From NCBI GenBank assembly GCA_040217195.1, contig JAVJNR010000002.1, positions 384,001 through 448,000 on the forward strand: 64,000 nucleotides of DNA, in the 5' to 3' direction. This DNA is from Leptospiraceae bacterium. GTDB lineage: Bacteria > Spirochaetota > Leptospiria > Leptospirales > Leptonemataceae. Under the pieces are notes generated by a model. It saw only the letters and a list, made by a program, of their open reading frames with translations, searched no databases and had not been told where the DNA came from. A program made the translations under genes and the position numbers. Positions 9,889-20,029 of this stretch are shown here, in pieces (within the stretch, counting starts at the first letter, position 1; every line of letters begins with the position of its first letter).

Positions 9889-10698
9889 TCACATCGCCAA
9901 TGCTATGGCAACGTTCGCTACAGCATGAACCAGAAAAGTCCAGAGCAAAGAGTCCGTTTGAATCCTCAGTGCGGATAGAGTAATTCCGCTGAGCCAATAA
10001 TAAAGAGCCAGTTCAGGATCCAGAGTTGTGGGAATGTGTGCTGCCGTGAATACAGTGGCCGAAATTGCATGCCCCAGCCAGTGAGGGTCCTGGCCAAACC
10101 GGGAGGGAAGCCATTGTCGAAAAGCAATCTCCTCGAATAATGGAGCTACAGCAATTCCGCATATCCATAGAGTGAGATGAAATCCATCCATACTCGGACC
10201 CCTGGGAAGTCCATCCTGGTTGATGCTGGCCAGAAGCATGGTCAAAGCTGTGAAAGCTAGAATCGAATGTAGAAGGCTGCTCGGTCTTAGATCCAGACGG
10301 AAATAGAGTTTTCGTTCCAGGTTGCTCAGAAGGTAGATTGAAAAAGGAGCCAGGGCTGCCAGGAGCAAGGGCTGGAAAATGTAGAATCGAAGGAGCTTTT
10401 TTTCAGGATACTCCAGGCCATGATAGATCAAGAGTATCATCCAGAGAATCATTCCGCCAATGCCTGCCAGAGCGGGATACACCGGACGCTTTTGATCCAG
10501 GAATTGTTGCAGTCTCCCGGTGACATCCTTTCGCATCCGGGAATCTTCCTTTTTATACTCCTGGTAGTGGTCGTTTAGACTTTCCTTTTCTTCACTGGAT
10601 AATAGACGCCTGAGCGCCGGAAGGTGCTGAGTCATACGCCAGAATAGGGCGGCTCTGTATCTGTCCTGTTTTGCCATTGCCAGTGCGGAGCTTCTCAC
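9889..10698 (-). CDS. CPBP (CAAX/Abi) family intramembrane metalloprotease
   Basis: APLFEEIAFR, FTAAH, HAVAN motifs and multiple TM helices. Confidence 0.9.
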   Translation of the reverse strand: MRSSALAMAKQDRYRAALFWRMTQHLPALRRLLSSEEKESLNDHYQEYKKEDSRMRKDVTGRLQQFLDQKRPVYPALAGIGGMILWMILLIYHGLEYPEKKLLRFYIFQPLLLAALAPFSIYLLSNLERKLYFRLDLRPSSLLHSILAFTALTMLLASINQDGLPRGPSMDGFHLTLWICGIAVAPLFEEIAFRQWLPSRFGQDPHWLGHAISATVFTAAHIPTTLDPELALYYWLSGITLSALRIQTDSLLWTFLVHAVANVAIALAM

Positions 10699-10722
10699 AA
10701 ACCTGGTAACTGGAGGAAACCC

Positions 10723-11727
10723 ATGAAAGCCAGAAAATTAGCCATCGTTGGGGCCACCGGAGCTGTTGGGCAGGAGATGCTCAAAGTTCTGGAGAAACGA
10801 GACTTCCCCTACGATGAACTCGTATTACTTGCATCGGCAAGATCCGCCGGAAAGAAGATCACCTTTCGCGGTACGGAATATACGATTCAAGAGCTAACAG
10901 AAGATGCTTTTGAGGGGATTGACCTGGCGCTTTTCAGTGCAGGCGGCTCCATTACCAAAAAATTCGCACCAGCTGCCGTGAAGGCAGGGACCATTGTAGT
11001 GGATAACTCCAGTGCCTATAGAATGGATCCTGAAGTGCCTCTTATCGTTCCGGAGATCAATCCGGAGGATGCAAAAAAGCATAAAGGGATACTGGCCAAT
11101 CCTAACTGCTCTACCATCATCATGCTAATGGCTGTATTTCCCATCTATAAACTCTACGGAGTTCGCCGAATGGTGGTGTCCACCTATCAGGCAGCCTCGG
11201 GGGCGGGTGCGGCTGCCATGCAGGAGCTGGAAGATCAGGCAAAGGCTATGCTTGCTGGAGATGAGCCTCCTACCGAGTCTTTTCCATTCCCTCTGGCTTT
11301 CAATGTATTCAGTCACAACTCTTCTCTTTATCCTGAAAATGGATTTAACCAGGAAGAAGTGAAGATGGTAAAAGAGAGTCATAAAATTCTAAGTAACAAC
11401 GATCTGAAGATCAGTCCTACATGTATTCGTGTAGGCACATTTCGCGCTCATGCAGAGTCCATTCATCTGGAGCTGGAAAAGAAAGGCGATATGGATGAAA
11501 TTCGCAAAGCACTTTCTAACTTCCCTGGTGTTCAGCTAAAGGATGATACAGAAAACAATCATTTTCCCATGCCTCTTGAGGTTTCCGGTGAGGATGATGT
11601 CTTTGTAGGTCGATTGCGATGGGATCTGGATGACGCGGAACATAAGAATCTTCAACTATTTTGCGTTGGGGACCAGCTACTGAAAGGTGCTGCTCTCAAT
11701 GCAGTTCAAATCGCTGAAATTCTCTGA
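10723..11727 (+). CDS. asd: Aspartate-semialdehyde dehydrogenase
   Basis: GATGAVG, DNSSAYR, NPNCST, STYQAASGAG, DQLLKGAALNAVQIAE; SD GGAGG. Confidence 0.98.
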   Translation: MKARKLAIVGATGAVGQEMLKVLEKRDFPYDELVLLASARSAGKKITFRGTEYTIQELTEDAFEGIDLALFSAGGSITKKFAPAAVKAGTIVVDNSSAYRMDPEVPLIVPEINPEDAKKHKGILANPNCSTIIMLMAVFPIYKLYGVRRMVVSTYQAASGAGAAAMQELEDQAKAMLAGDEPPTESFPFPLAFNVFSHNSSLYPENGFNQEEVKMVKESHKILSNNDLKISPTCIRVGTFRAHAESIHLELEKKGDMDEIRKALSNFPGVQLKDDTENNHFPMPLEVSGEDDVFVGRLRWDLDDAEHKNLQLFCVGDQLLKGAALNAVQIAEIL

Positions 11728-11837
11728 GGTTTTCTCAAACATAGGATTGCTACCGGGCTCTGCGTACGGATGTTTTGCTCTGTGATACTTCGTACCTGCA
11801 GACCGGGTCTCTGGCAAACCGTGCTAAACGAGGTTAT

Positions 11838-12077
11838 ATGGACGAACGCGAACAGGTATTAAAAGACATCCTTCAGATCTTCAAATCCAACGGTATCAAG
11901 GCCGGCGATGTAATGGACAAGAAGCAAATGATGGATGAAATCAAGTCCTGGCCCCAGCAGCGTAAGCTAATGGTCCGTGACGCCTGGCATATGCTGGTGG
12001 GCAATGGATTGATTCAGGAAGGAGATCCGGCCGGACCCCGACTTACGCCCCGTGGCGAACAGTTTATGAATTCCTGA
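11838..12077 (+). CDS. Small hypothetical protein (possible winged-helix-like)
   Basis: SD GAGG before the ATG at 11838; C-terminal LV..GLI...RLTPRG pattern. Confidence 0.7.
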   Translation: MDEREQVLKDILQIFKSNGIKAGDVMDKKQMMDEIKSWPQQRKLMVRDAWHMLVGNGLIQEGDPAGPRLTPRGEQFMNS

Positions 12078-12089
12078 TCCTCTCATTGG

Positions 12090-12118
12090 TTGACAATCAG
12101 GCGAATTCGGATCTAATT
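12090..12118 (+). promoter_or_regulatory. Sigma70-type promoter of the DJ-1 gene (probably leaderless)
   Basis: TTGACA-16 nt-TCTAAT, ending 7 nt before the ATG at 12125. Confidence 0.55.
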
Positions 12119-12124
12119 AAGGCC

Positions 12125-12682
12125 ATGAAAGTACTGGTACCCCTTGCGGATGGATTTGAAGAAATGGAGGGTATTATCATAATTGATGTTCTTCGCCGGG
12201 CCGGTCTGGAGGTGCGAACCGCCTCCCTGAAACCCGGAGAGGTCCTGGCCTCCCGAAAAACCAGACATATTGCAGATACTACAATCGATACCGTTAGAAA
12301 AGAAACGTTTGATGCTGTGGTACTTCCCGGTGGTGCGGAAGGAGCCCGAAACCTGGCTACGAACGGTGATCTGGCAGACATTTTGAAGGATCTGAAGAAT
12401 AGGAATAAGCTAATAGGTGCCATCTGTGCGGCCCCGAACGTTTTACTTCAGCAGGGTATCCTGGGAGAACAGGATAGCTTCACACTGCATCCAGGAACAA
12501 AGCCAGACAGCTACGTCGGAAAATATGAGCCGGAATCAAGAGTTGTGCGATCCGGGAATGTATTTACCAGTAAGGGTCCCGGAACTGCATTTGAATTCGC
12601 GCTGAATATTGTGGAAGAACTTTGCGGCAAAGAAGTAAGGGACAAGGTGGCTGCTCCCATGTTCGTTCTTGAATCCGATTGA
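12125..12682 (+). CDS. DJ-1/PfpI (ThiJ/YajL) family protein
   Basis: GFEEME, DVLRRA, LPGG, AICAAP (nucleophilic Cys), TSKGPGTA. Confidence 0.93.
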   Translation: MKVLVPLADGFEEMEGIIIIDVLRRAGLEVRTASLKPGEVLASRKTRHIADTTIDTVRKETFDAVVLPGGAEGARNLATNGDLADILKDLKNRNKLIGAICAAPNVLLQQGILGEQDSFTLHPGTKPDSYVGKYEPESRVVRSGNVFTSKGPGTAFEFALNIVEELCGKEVRDKVAAPMFVLESD

Positions 12683-12887
12683 ATTCTTGAAAGAAATCTT
12701 TGAACAGCCGTTTGATGAACTGGAGATTCCAGGCATTGGGCCTGGATCTTAAGCTTTCCCGACTATTTCATCGGTGAATTGAACTCCAGGCTTTCCGAAA
12801 TACAAGAAATGTAGCCAGTAGATGCGAAAGAACAGAATCCGGGCAAAGGTTACTGCCCGGACTCAGTTTGAAAACGTAGCGGCTAAA

Positions 12888-13088
12888 TCATTCGCCCTTG
12901 GTGGAAAGCTTTAACGGCAGGTAAAGAGGGCAAAATCCTACCAGGCTGGTTAGAACGAATACACCGCCCAGAACCAGTAGTACAATACCCAGGGTTCCAG
13001 TGATAACTCCCTGCCAGTAGAGTACACCGATGGCCAGTGCCACTACTACGCGCAATACTCGATCAATTACACCCATGTTTAGTTTCAT
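12888..13088 (-). CDS. DUF2892 (YgaP-like) small membrane protein
   Basis: NMG.IDRVLR...GFCPLY signature; SD AAGGAG. Confidence 0.9.
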   Translation of the reverse strand: MKLNMGVIDRVLRVVVALAIGVLYWQGVITGTLGIVLLVLGGVFVLTSLVGFCPLYLPLKLSTKGE

Positions 13089-13153
13089 TTAGTGCTCCTT
13101 GATGTCAGGTCCGGTTCTTAGAATTTTGCGATTTGCAGTAAAAGGACGATGCC

Positions 13154-13169
13154 TGTTACGATCGCAACA
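13154..13169. promoter_or_regulatory. Candidate operator, TGT-N10-ACA dyad (CRP/FNR-like)
   Basis: TGTTACGA/TCGCAACA near-perfect inverted repeat about 65 nt upstream of the DUF2892 gene. Confidence 0.35.
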
Positions 13170-13346
13170 CAGGCAAGGCATACAACGATCAATTTTACTG
13201 CCTTGCTCATATTCACGCTGCCTTTCCCGACCTTACTAATAGATTCGACGAAGGAGTGGTGCCTGTTTCAAGTCCTTTCCCGGAAAGATAGGATTTCGTG
13301 AAATATTTTTCACCAATCCTGGTAAACTGGAAGGAATGGTGGAACT

Positions 13347-14114
13347 CTAAAGCTTGCGAAGATCCAGAAAAGAGCCACTGGGACTGTTTGCGATCAGAGG
13401 CCACTTCTTCAGTATTGCAGCTGCTGCGTCCAGGGGCATGGGCATACTATCCGTGCCTCTTGCCTGTTGCAGTCTTTTCAATGCCGGATAGGTCTCTGTG
13501 TCTTCAATACCTGATATCGTCTCTTGCATATCCGTGTCGATGAGCCCCGGTGCCAGAGATATGAGATGAATGTCAGGTAGTTCCTCGGAATACAGTTTGA
13601 TCAGCATATTTAATGCCGCTTTACTAATGCTGTAGCCAGACCAGCCGCGATTTCCGTTCACAGAGGCTCCGGATGAGATGGCCACAATATGCTCCGGTAG
13701 GAGGGGGCAGTCCGGCGACGCTAGAGAATCGATGATCAGCTTATTGGCCCAGAGGTTTACATCGGTAACAGTGCGAAGCTCATGCAGAGTCGTATTCTGG
13801 AGGTCATCAATCCGACCCAGCATGCCCGCATTTAGCCAGGCCCTGTTTATTGGAAGTTGTCGATTGGAAGCTAGCGGAGCATCCTTGTGCGAATCCAGAT
13901 ACCACTCGCGCAATAAATGATAGTACTGTCGTAACCGTGCTGGAAGCTCCTTCAGATCACTGATATCGCATTCGTAATGAAAGTACCTCTGGGGGAATTC
14001 CTCGAGTAATGGACTGGGACGTCGGCTGAGGCCGCTCACAATGGCTCCTTGCTCCAGCAGATACTTGCCCAGTCCGTAACCGAGTCCTGAACTGGTTCCG
14101 GTTATTAATTCCAT
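13347..14114 (-). CDS. SDR family oxidoreductase (benzil/sepiapterin reductase-like)
   Basis: ITGTSSGLG, NAG, ISSGA, YSISK, APGLIDTDMQ. Confidence 0.9.
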   Translation of the reverse strand: MELITGTSSGLGYGLGKYLLEQGAIVSGLSRRPSPLLEEFPQRYFHYECDISDLKELPARLRQYYHLLREWYLDSHKDAPLASNRQLPINRAWLNAGMLGRIDDLQNTTLHELRTVTDVNLWANKLIIDSLASPDCPLLPEHIVAISSGASVNGNRGWSGYSISKAALNMLIKLYSEELPDIHLISLAPGLIDTDMQETISGIEDTETYPALKRLQQARGTDSMPMPLDAAAAILKKWPLIANSPSGSFLDLRKL

Positions 14115-14173
14115 TTGTTTTTGGTAGCAATCCGGCCCGAAAATGCAACCGGATTAGAAAATAGAGGGAAAAC

Positions 14174-14698
14174 CTATTGTTCGGTTTTCTTTTCTGTGGT
14201 CTTTCTGGACTTGAGGGTACTTCGCTGTGAGCTTCGACAGCAGTTATTCTGCATTGCCTCCAGGGCTGATCCATCACCATTCAGTCTGCCCCGAACAATG
14301 ATAGATGTTTCCAGGACCTCGGCTCCTTCCAGAGGAGATCCTTCCAGGGGAGGACCCTGCATCAAATGTGAAGGTAGGTCATAGATATGACCTGAGTCTA
14401 CATCCACAAAATGGTGATGCTGGTCAATGTTGGAGTCGTAATAAATCCGGTCCGAGGAGAAAATCAATTCCCGCACCACTTCTCTTTCCACGAATAGTCT
14501 TAAAGTGTTGTAGACAGTAGCCTGGCTGCACTTTTCATATTCAGAGTTCATCCGTTGCCGAATTTCCTCTGCAGACAGATGTTGAGGCTTTTCAAAGAGT
14601 AAATGAGCGATCTCAATACGCTGGGTTGTGGGATTAATCTCCCTTTCGCGGAGCAAATCAGCGATTTCACGTTTATTCAATCCATATTTACCATTCAT
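14174..14698 (-). CDS. Fur family transcriptional regulator (Irr/PerR-like)
   Basis: TTQR, HLSAEE, SQATVYNTL, YDSN..HHHFVD; lacks the CxxC motifs. Confidence 0.9.
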   Translation of the reverse strand: MNGKYGLNKREIADLLREREINPTTQRIEIAHLLFEKPQHLSAEEIRQRMNSEYEKCSQATVYNTLRLFVEREVVRELIFSSDRIYYDSNIDQHHHFVDVDSGHIYDLPSHLMQGPPLEGSPLEGAEVLETSIIVRGRLNGDGSALEAMQNNCCRSSQRSTLKSRKTTEKKTEQ

Positions 14699-14904
14699 TA
14701 TGACGAACCTTTGACGGCCTCTACCGGACCAATAATCTTTCTAAATATAGAATTACTATCGGAAAGGAAGCCCGATAATCGCTCCATGGCAAGAATTTTT
14801 CCCGCTGGACCCGTCCAGGGGTGAATAAAAACCCTGGTCAGATTGGGTTGTGGTCCAGGTACGGCTGGTCTTGACAGGCCCTTTTCCATTCAATTTCTGG
14901 CTCT

Positions 14905-16317
14905 ATGCTGTTTAACTCAGCAATCTTTCTTCTATTATTCTTGGTAGTCTATTGTCTGTACTGGTTTCTTTCGGTACGGGGAAAGCATTATCTAATCATT
15001 GTAGCCAGTCTTGTATTCTATTCCTGGTACAGTGTTCCCTTCCTTCTATTATTCCTGGCCCTGATTCTCTGGAATTACTTTGTTTCGCTTAAACTATTGC
15101 AGCGAAAAATGCGGTGGCTTCTGGCACTCACCGTTATTCTGGATCTGTCTGTTCTGGGATTCTTCAAGTATTTCTATCTGCTGGCCCATTCCATTGGATA
15201 CGCCCTGGGAATACCTTATGTGCAGGAGCTACGCGCGAACTGGGAAAGCGATTATGATATTGTTATCATTCTGCCCATTGCGATCAGTTTCTATACATTT
15301 CAGATAATAGCCTACGTAGTTGACACTTACCGGGGAGTCATAACCGAACCTCTGGCCCCCCGAAGGTTCTTTGTCTTCATTCTTTTCTTTCCGCAGTTCG
15401 TGGCCGGACCAATTCTCCGGTCACAGGATTTCATTCCGCAGATCGATACACCCAGCATAAACTGGGACCGAATGATGCGAGGACTGATGCTCATCATTCA
15501 GGGAACCATCAAAAAGGTTCTCATTGCAGATAATCTGGGGAAGTTTACCGGACCGGTCTGGATGAATCCGGAAGGCTATGATGCCCTGGTGCTCTATACT
15601 CTTCCTTTTTCATTCATGGCTCAAATCTATTGCGATTTTTCTGGCTACACAGACATGGCTAGAGGAATGGCCAAACTGATGGGCTATGAGATTCCAGAAA
15701 ACTTTAGCGGGCCCTTTCTATCCACTTCCATGTCCGAGCTCTGGACACGATGGCATATTACATTGTCTACCTGGCTTAGAGATTATATCTACATCCCTCT
15801 GGGTGGATCCAAGCTAGGAGAGTTTCGCACAGTAATGAATTTGCTCATCACCATGGGTCTGGGAGGCCTCTGGCATGGGGCCACCTGGAATATGCTTTTC
15901 TGGGGAATTTACATTGGATTCTTCCTGGTAACCGAACGAGAAATGCGAGTGGCCGGCATCCGACTATTGCCTGAAGGGGCTTTCGGAAATACAATTCGCA
16001 GGCTATACGTAATTTTTGTATTTGGAATGAGTGCATTGTTTTTTGCTTCTCCGGATCTTGAAAGAACACAATCCATTCTTACTGGAATGTTTACATTTCA
16101 AAGAGCCGAGCCCATTACCGGATTCGAAACGGTATTCTTTTTGATATTGCTTTCATTCGTGTTTAATTACCTCCAATACAGACCACGACTGCACGATAAG
16201 CTTCTGGAGCGGCCTCGACTACAATATGCACTGACCATTGCTGGAACCTTCCTGACTGGTTTTCTGGTGTATCTCTATGGCGATGCATCCGGCAGTTTCA
16301 TCTACTTCGCTTTTTAG
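14905..16317 (+). CDS. MBOAT family O-acyltransferase (AlgI/PatA/DltB-like)
   Basis: MLFNS, LPIAISFYTFQ, FFPQFVAGPI, YCDFSGYTD, RWHITLS.WLRDYIYIPLGG, GGLWHGA. Confidence 0.95.
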   Translation: MLFNSAIFLLLFLVVYCLYWFLSVRGKHYLIIVASLVFYSWYSVPFLLLFLALILWNYFVSLKLLQRKMRWLLALTVILDLSVLGFFKYFYLLAHSIGYALGIPYVQELRANWESDYDIVIILPIAISFYTFQIIAYVVDTYRGVITEPLAPRRFFVFILFFPQFVAGPILRSQDFIPQIDTPSINWDRMMRGLMLIIQGTIKKVLIADNLGKFTGPVWMNPEGYDALVLYTLPFSFMAQIYCDFSGYTDMARGMAKLMGYEIPENFSGPFLSTSMSELWTRWHITLSTWLRDYIYIPLGGSKLGEFRTVMNLLITMGLGGLWHGATWNMLFWGIYIGFFLVTEREMRVAGIRLLPEGAFGNTIRRLYVIFVFGMSALFFASPDLERTQSILTGMFTFQRAEPITGFETVFFLILLSFVFNYLQYRPRLHDKLLERPRLQYALTIAGTFLTGFLVYLYGDASGSFIYFAF

Positions 16318-16326
16318 GATTTAACA

Positions 16327-17667
16327 TTGTTATTTCAATCGGATGTCCATTCGCTTATTGAAGCCAGAAATGCCAGTGGCACTGGCTTCGCATCAACTGC
16401 CGGGGGCGCCAGGGCTCCTGGCCGCCGATTTTCGATTCTAAATATCGGCCAGCCCGGAAGTTTCAAGTTTCTGGCTAATCTGATTGTGCTGTTATTTATT
16501 TTCAGCCTTCTTTCCTGCAATGGCGGTTCAATGCTGGGTAACCGGGAAAGAAATCTGGAAACTGAGAACGAAAAGCTAAAAGTATCTGACTTTCATTTTC
16601 AGGCATTTTCGCCCGTTGAAAAAAAAGTATACACGTATGAAGAATTGCCTGGTCTATTCGATAGCCTTCGAACTGCCAGCGATAGTTATTGCGAATTCAT
16701 CCATAATCGAAAGCCCTATCGCAAGGATGTTGCTCTCAATCTAATTGCAGAAGAATTTCTTTCAAGGTTCTGGCGAGACCGATACTGGGGAAGCTTCCAT
16801 AATCTAATTTCTGGATGCTGGAACTTTTACATTATGAACGATGTTCGTCCATTCGATGATTTCTTCTTGATTCGGAACCTGTATCCTGATGCTACCAAAC
16901 ATTGCTATTCCGTGGGATTGATGCAGCCATACATTATGCATAATATCCTTCAATGTCAGGATCTGAATTTTCTGGATGTGGACTGGAGAATTCACTACGC
17001 CCATTTTCAGCTAGAAGAGATGTACCGCAATGAGCGATTCAAGACAGCTGAATCCACAATCCAGGCGATTCGAGATCTACATCTGGGATGGATCGCCTTT
17101 TCGCCCACTCCAGTACAGCCTCGCCACCAGGTAAGTCCATCTACGCTTTGCAGGTTAAGTCAGCAACAATGCCTGGAGCATTTGAATCAGTATCAGAAGA
17201 ATCGTAGCCTGCTGCAGGGCATAACCTGGAATCTATCTGCATTACACGATGCCGATTTTCCTGCTCATTCCGGAATGCCGGTTATCTACCTCAGCAATGC
17301 TATTGAAGAACTGTACACTTCCAGAAAGCAGTTCGATCAGCTACTGGAAAATGTGGCGGCTTCTGTGGAACCGGAAAGGCATGCACTGTTTGCCTATCAC
17401 GCTGCAGGTACTGATGAGATTGGATTGTATCAGCTTAGACGACTTAAACCAGCAGCAATGAATGATTCTCAGGATGAACGGAATCGGGTATCCAATCAGT
17501 CTGCCTTTAACGGTCAGCCAGAGTATTCCATTGAGACCATCTGTAGAGATAGGTACCATCGCGCAAACACAGGAACATTGAAGGAATACACTACCTATTT
17601 CGAAAAGATCACAGAAACCAGAAATCCCACCGCATGCTCTACTTTAATTGAGAATTTACCGCAATGA
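16327..17667 (+). CDS. Hypothetical lipoprotein co-oriented with the MBOAT gene
   Basis: Long ORF 9 nt after the MBOAT stop; lipobox-like SLLSC at about aa 64, so the real start may be downstream. Confidence 0.7.
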   Translation: MLFQSDVHSLIEARNASGTGFASTAGGARAPGRRFSILNIGQPGSFKFLANLIVLLFIFSLLSCNGGSMLGNRERNLETENEKLKVSDFHFQAFSPVEKKVYTYEELPGLFDSLRTASDSYCEFIHNRKPYRKDVALNLIAEEFLSRFWRDRYWGSFHNLISGCWNFYIMNDVRPFDDFFLIRNLYPDATKHCYSVGLMQPYIMHNILQCQDLNFLDVDWRIHYAHFQLEEMYRNERFKTAESTIQAIRDLHLGWIAFSPTPVQPRHQVSPSTLCRLSQQQCLEHLNQYQKNRSLLQGITWNLSALHDADFPAHSGMPVIYLSNAIEELYTSRKQFDQLLENVAASVEPERHALFAYHAAGTDEIGLYQLRRLKPAAMNDSQDERNRVSNQSAFNGQPEYSIETICRDRYHRANTGTLKEYTTYFEKITETRNPTACSTLIENLPQ

Positions 17668-17694
17668 GCGGGATGATCCCGGAGTCTCCTTGCT

Positions 17695-18351
17695 ATGCCA
17701 ACCGCAGCTGACTACAAAGCAAAGCCTGTTTTAGCCGGGCAGAAAGACAGTCTGGAATATGTGAGATATTCAAAAGGTCCAATACCCGGTTTCGTATTTT
17801 TGTTACTGTTTCTGTCTGTAGCTGCATTCGGCGACCTTGATTCCGAACCGGTGCATTCTTCGCCGGAGTCCGCCGAGTCCATGATCAAACCGGATACTAT
17901 CAATCAGAACGCTTCTGACGAAGATAGATCAGACCAGGAATTAAGCCTGGAAGAGCAGGCGGCCCTGGAATTCTTTCATGAGCACTGGAGAAAGGCTTCC
18001 AATTTTAATCCGATAATCGCTCGCAACTATCATCCGAAAGCTCGAATACGTACCACAAGGATTCAGTCATCCGGAGAAAAGCGCTTCATGGAAGTATCAG
18101 GAAAGCAATGGTCCGACTTGATGCCCATGATGATGGCCATGGCCAGGCAGGCCGGCGATAAACAATATCTCAGCCAGGCAACCATCGAAAGCAGTGAAAA
18201 CGGATACCGGATTTCAGCTGTTCGTTACTCTGAGTCCCGCTGCTACTACGATAAGAACTATTATATGGTTATAGCAAAAGAAGAGGAGCGGTACTATATC
18301 GTAGAGGAGTACATGGAAACCAGAGGGGACAATCTGTGCGAAAAGAACTGA
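17695..18351 (+). CDS. Hypothetical exported protein (possible NTF2-like C-terminal domain)
   Basis: Hydrophobic segment near the N-terminus; ..YHPKARI.. and C-terminal ..YYIVEE pattern. Confidence 0.65.
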   Translation: MPTAADYKAKPVLAGQKDSLEYVRYSKGPIPGFVFLLLFLSVAAFGDLDSEPVHSSPESAESMIKPDTINQNASDEDRSDQELSLEEQAALEFFHEHWRKASNFNPIIARNYHPKARIRTTRIQSSGEKRFMEVSGKQWSDLMPMMMAMARQAGDKQYLSQATIESSENGYRISAVRYSESRCYYDKNYYMVIAKEEERYYIVEEYMETRGDNLCEKN

Positions 18352-18776
18352 GAATCCAGCTGGCCATTACAAATGCAGAGATCGAGAAATGCTACTCGGT
18401 AATAGCTGAACTCAGGCCACACCTTATACAGTCTGATTTTGTTTCGAGGGTGCGGCAGCAGGAGAAGGAGGGTTATAACCTGGCCTATCTCATGGATGAA
18501 AGTGATCGTATCCTTTCGGTAGCTGGTTTTCGTCTTGGCTTAAATCTGGCCTGGGGGAAATTTCTTTATGTGGATGACCTTGTGACTGCAGAATCGGCAC
18601 GCAGCCTGGGTTGTGGGCAGGCAATGATTCGATGGTTAAAGGACTTTGCCGTGGCCCGGGATTGTGATCAATTCCACCTGGATTCAGGGTTGCACAGAAA
18701 GGATGCCCATCGCTTCTACGAACGAGAAGGTCTTAAGATTACCAGCTATCATTTCGCTTCTCGTCTGAAAGAGTAA
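18336..18776 (+). CDS. GNAT family N-acetyltransferase
   Basis: LYVDDLVT...RSLGCG, HLDSG...AHRFY. Confidence 0.92.
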   Translation: MRKELRIQLAITNAEIEKCYSVIAELRPHLIQSDFVSRVRQQEKEGYNLAYLMDESDRILSVAGFRLGLNLAWGKFLYVDDLVTAESARSLGCGQAMIRWLKDFAVARDCDQFHLDSGLHRKDAHRFYEREGLKITSYHFASRLKE

Positions 18777-18877
18777 ATCGGGGACACGGCCTTTGCCTAT
18801 CAATAACTGGCAATAGCCAGCATGAAACCCTTTCGCGGCAAGGCCGGACAAACCCTGGCCCAGGAAGATTCGTCATC

Positions 18878-19981
18878 CTAAATGGAACTGTCTGTGCTGC
18901 TGGATCCAGGCAGCAGAGATCCTAGCTGCTCCAGAAGGGAGCCACCTCCCATAAGCTTGATCTCTTTTACCTTCTCAACAATCTTCTCCATGGATTCCAG
19001 CTCCTTGAGTCGCAGAAGGGTGGGGTTATTTTCCATCAATTTGGCTGTATTCATCAAGCTGCGCGTGGATGCAGTTTCCTCGCGACGCTGAATCAGGTTG
19101 GCCTGGGCCTGCTTTTCTGCCAGTAGCACTCGATTCATGATTTCACGAACCTCTCCAGGAAGAATAATATCTTTGGCTCCAGCAGAAATCAATTCGTAGC
19201 CTATGCGACGGGCCTCCTCTCTTACATGATTCAGAACCGTGCTTCCAATTTTATCTCGATTCTCCAGCAATTCATCCAGAGTGAATCCCCCGGTGTATTC
19301 GCGCAGAGATAGCTGCAATGCTGTATAGAGTTGTTGCATTGGGTTCACAGCTTCTCGCAGAATTTTTTCAGGATCAGCTGCCTGTAACTGGCAGGTAAAA
19401 TTTATTCTTAGGGTTACTTTATCCTTAGAGAGTAGTTCCTGTCCGGCAATATCCAATTGCTGCACTCTGAGATCGCAGGAGCTTACTTCGACGGAATCCG
19501 GGCACTTCCAGTAAGCGTAATCCCCGGGCTCCAGTAGTCCCCGAAATTCTCTGTTTATGAACAGTGCTCCTTTTTCATAGCTCTGCACAGTGAATACATT
19601 TACCAGCTCAATGACCCCTGGCCTGCGAAGCCAGTCCCGTTTAATTCCTTCTTCGATGAACGGTTGGGAAAGATCAGCAAAAACAAACTCATATTTATGC
19701 AGGCCCTTCCAGTATGCGTGTCGACCTGGTTGCAGGGTTTCCAGAAACACACCATCTTCAAAGATCAGGCAAATCTGTCCGTCCCTGACATCCAAAAACT
19801 TCAGATAATCCTCTGCATTTGCTAGCTTTTCTATTAATGCAATATCCGAATCGCCCACCAGACGCCCCCTTCGTTTGTGAATTTCGATCAGCCCGGGGAA
19901 AAAATAGAATCCAGGGCCAACGATCTTATCTGGAGAGCCATACTTGTAAACCAGTCCACAGTTTTGATTCGCAATTCGCAT
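18878..19981 (-). CDS. Slipin family (SPFH/band-7) protein with three N-terminal beta-rich repeats
   Basis: DLR..LDIAGQELLSKDKVTLRIN, KDIILPGE, AEKQAQANLI.RREETASTRSLMNTAKLMENNPTLLRLKELE. Repeats VGPGFYFF, LQPGRHAYW, LEPGDYAYW. SD GAGGAG. Confidence 0.93.
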   Translation of the reverse strand: MRIANQNCGLVYKYGSPDKIVGPGFYFFPGLIEIHKRRGRLVGDSDIALIEKLANAEDYLKFLDVRDGQICLIFEDGVFLETLQPGRHAYWKGLHKYEFVFADLSQPFIEEGIKRDWLRRPGVIELVNVFTVQSYEKGALFINREFRGLLEPGDYAYWKCPDSVEVSSCDLRVQQLDIAGQELLSKDKVTLRINFTCQLQAADPEKILREAVNPMQQLYTALQLSLREYTGGFTLDELLENRDKIGSTVLNHVREEARRIGYELISAGAKDIILPGEVREIMNRVLLAEKQAQANLIQRREETASTRSLMNTAKLMENNPTLLRLKELESMEKIVEKVKEIKLMGGGSLLEQLGSLLPGSSSTDSSI

Positions 19982-20029
19982 TGCAATCTCCTCACTGCAA
20001 TCCTGTTGCTACGGATTGCAAACTACTTA

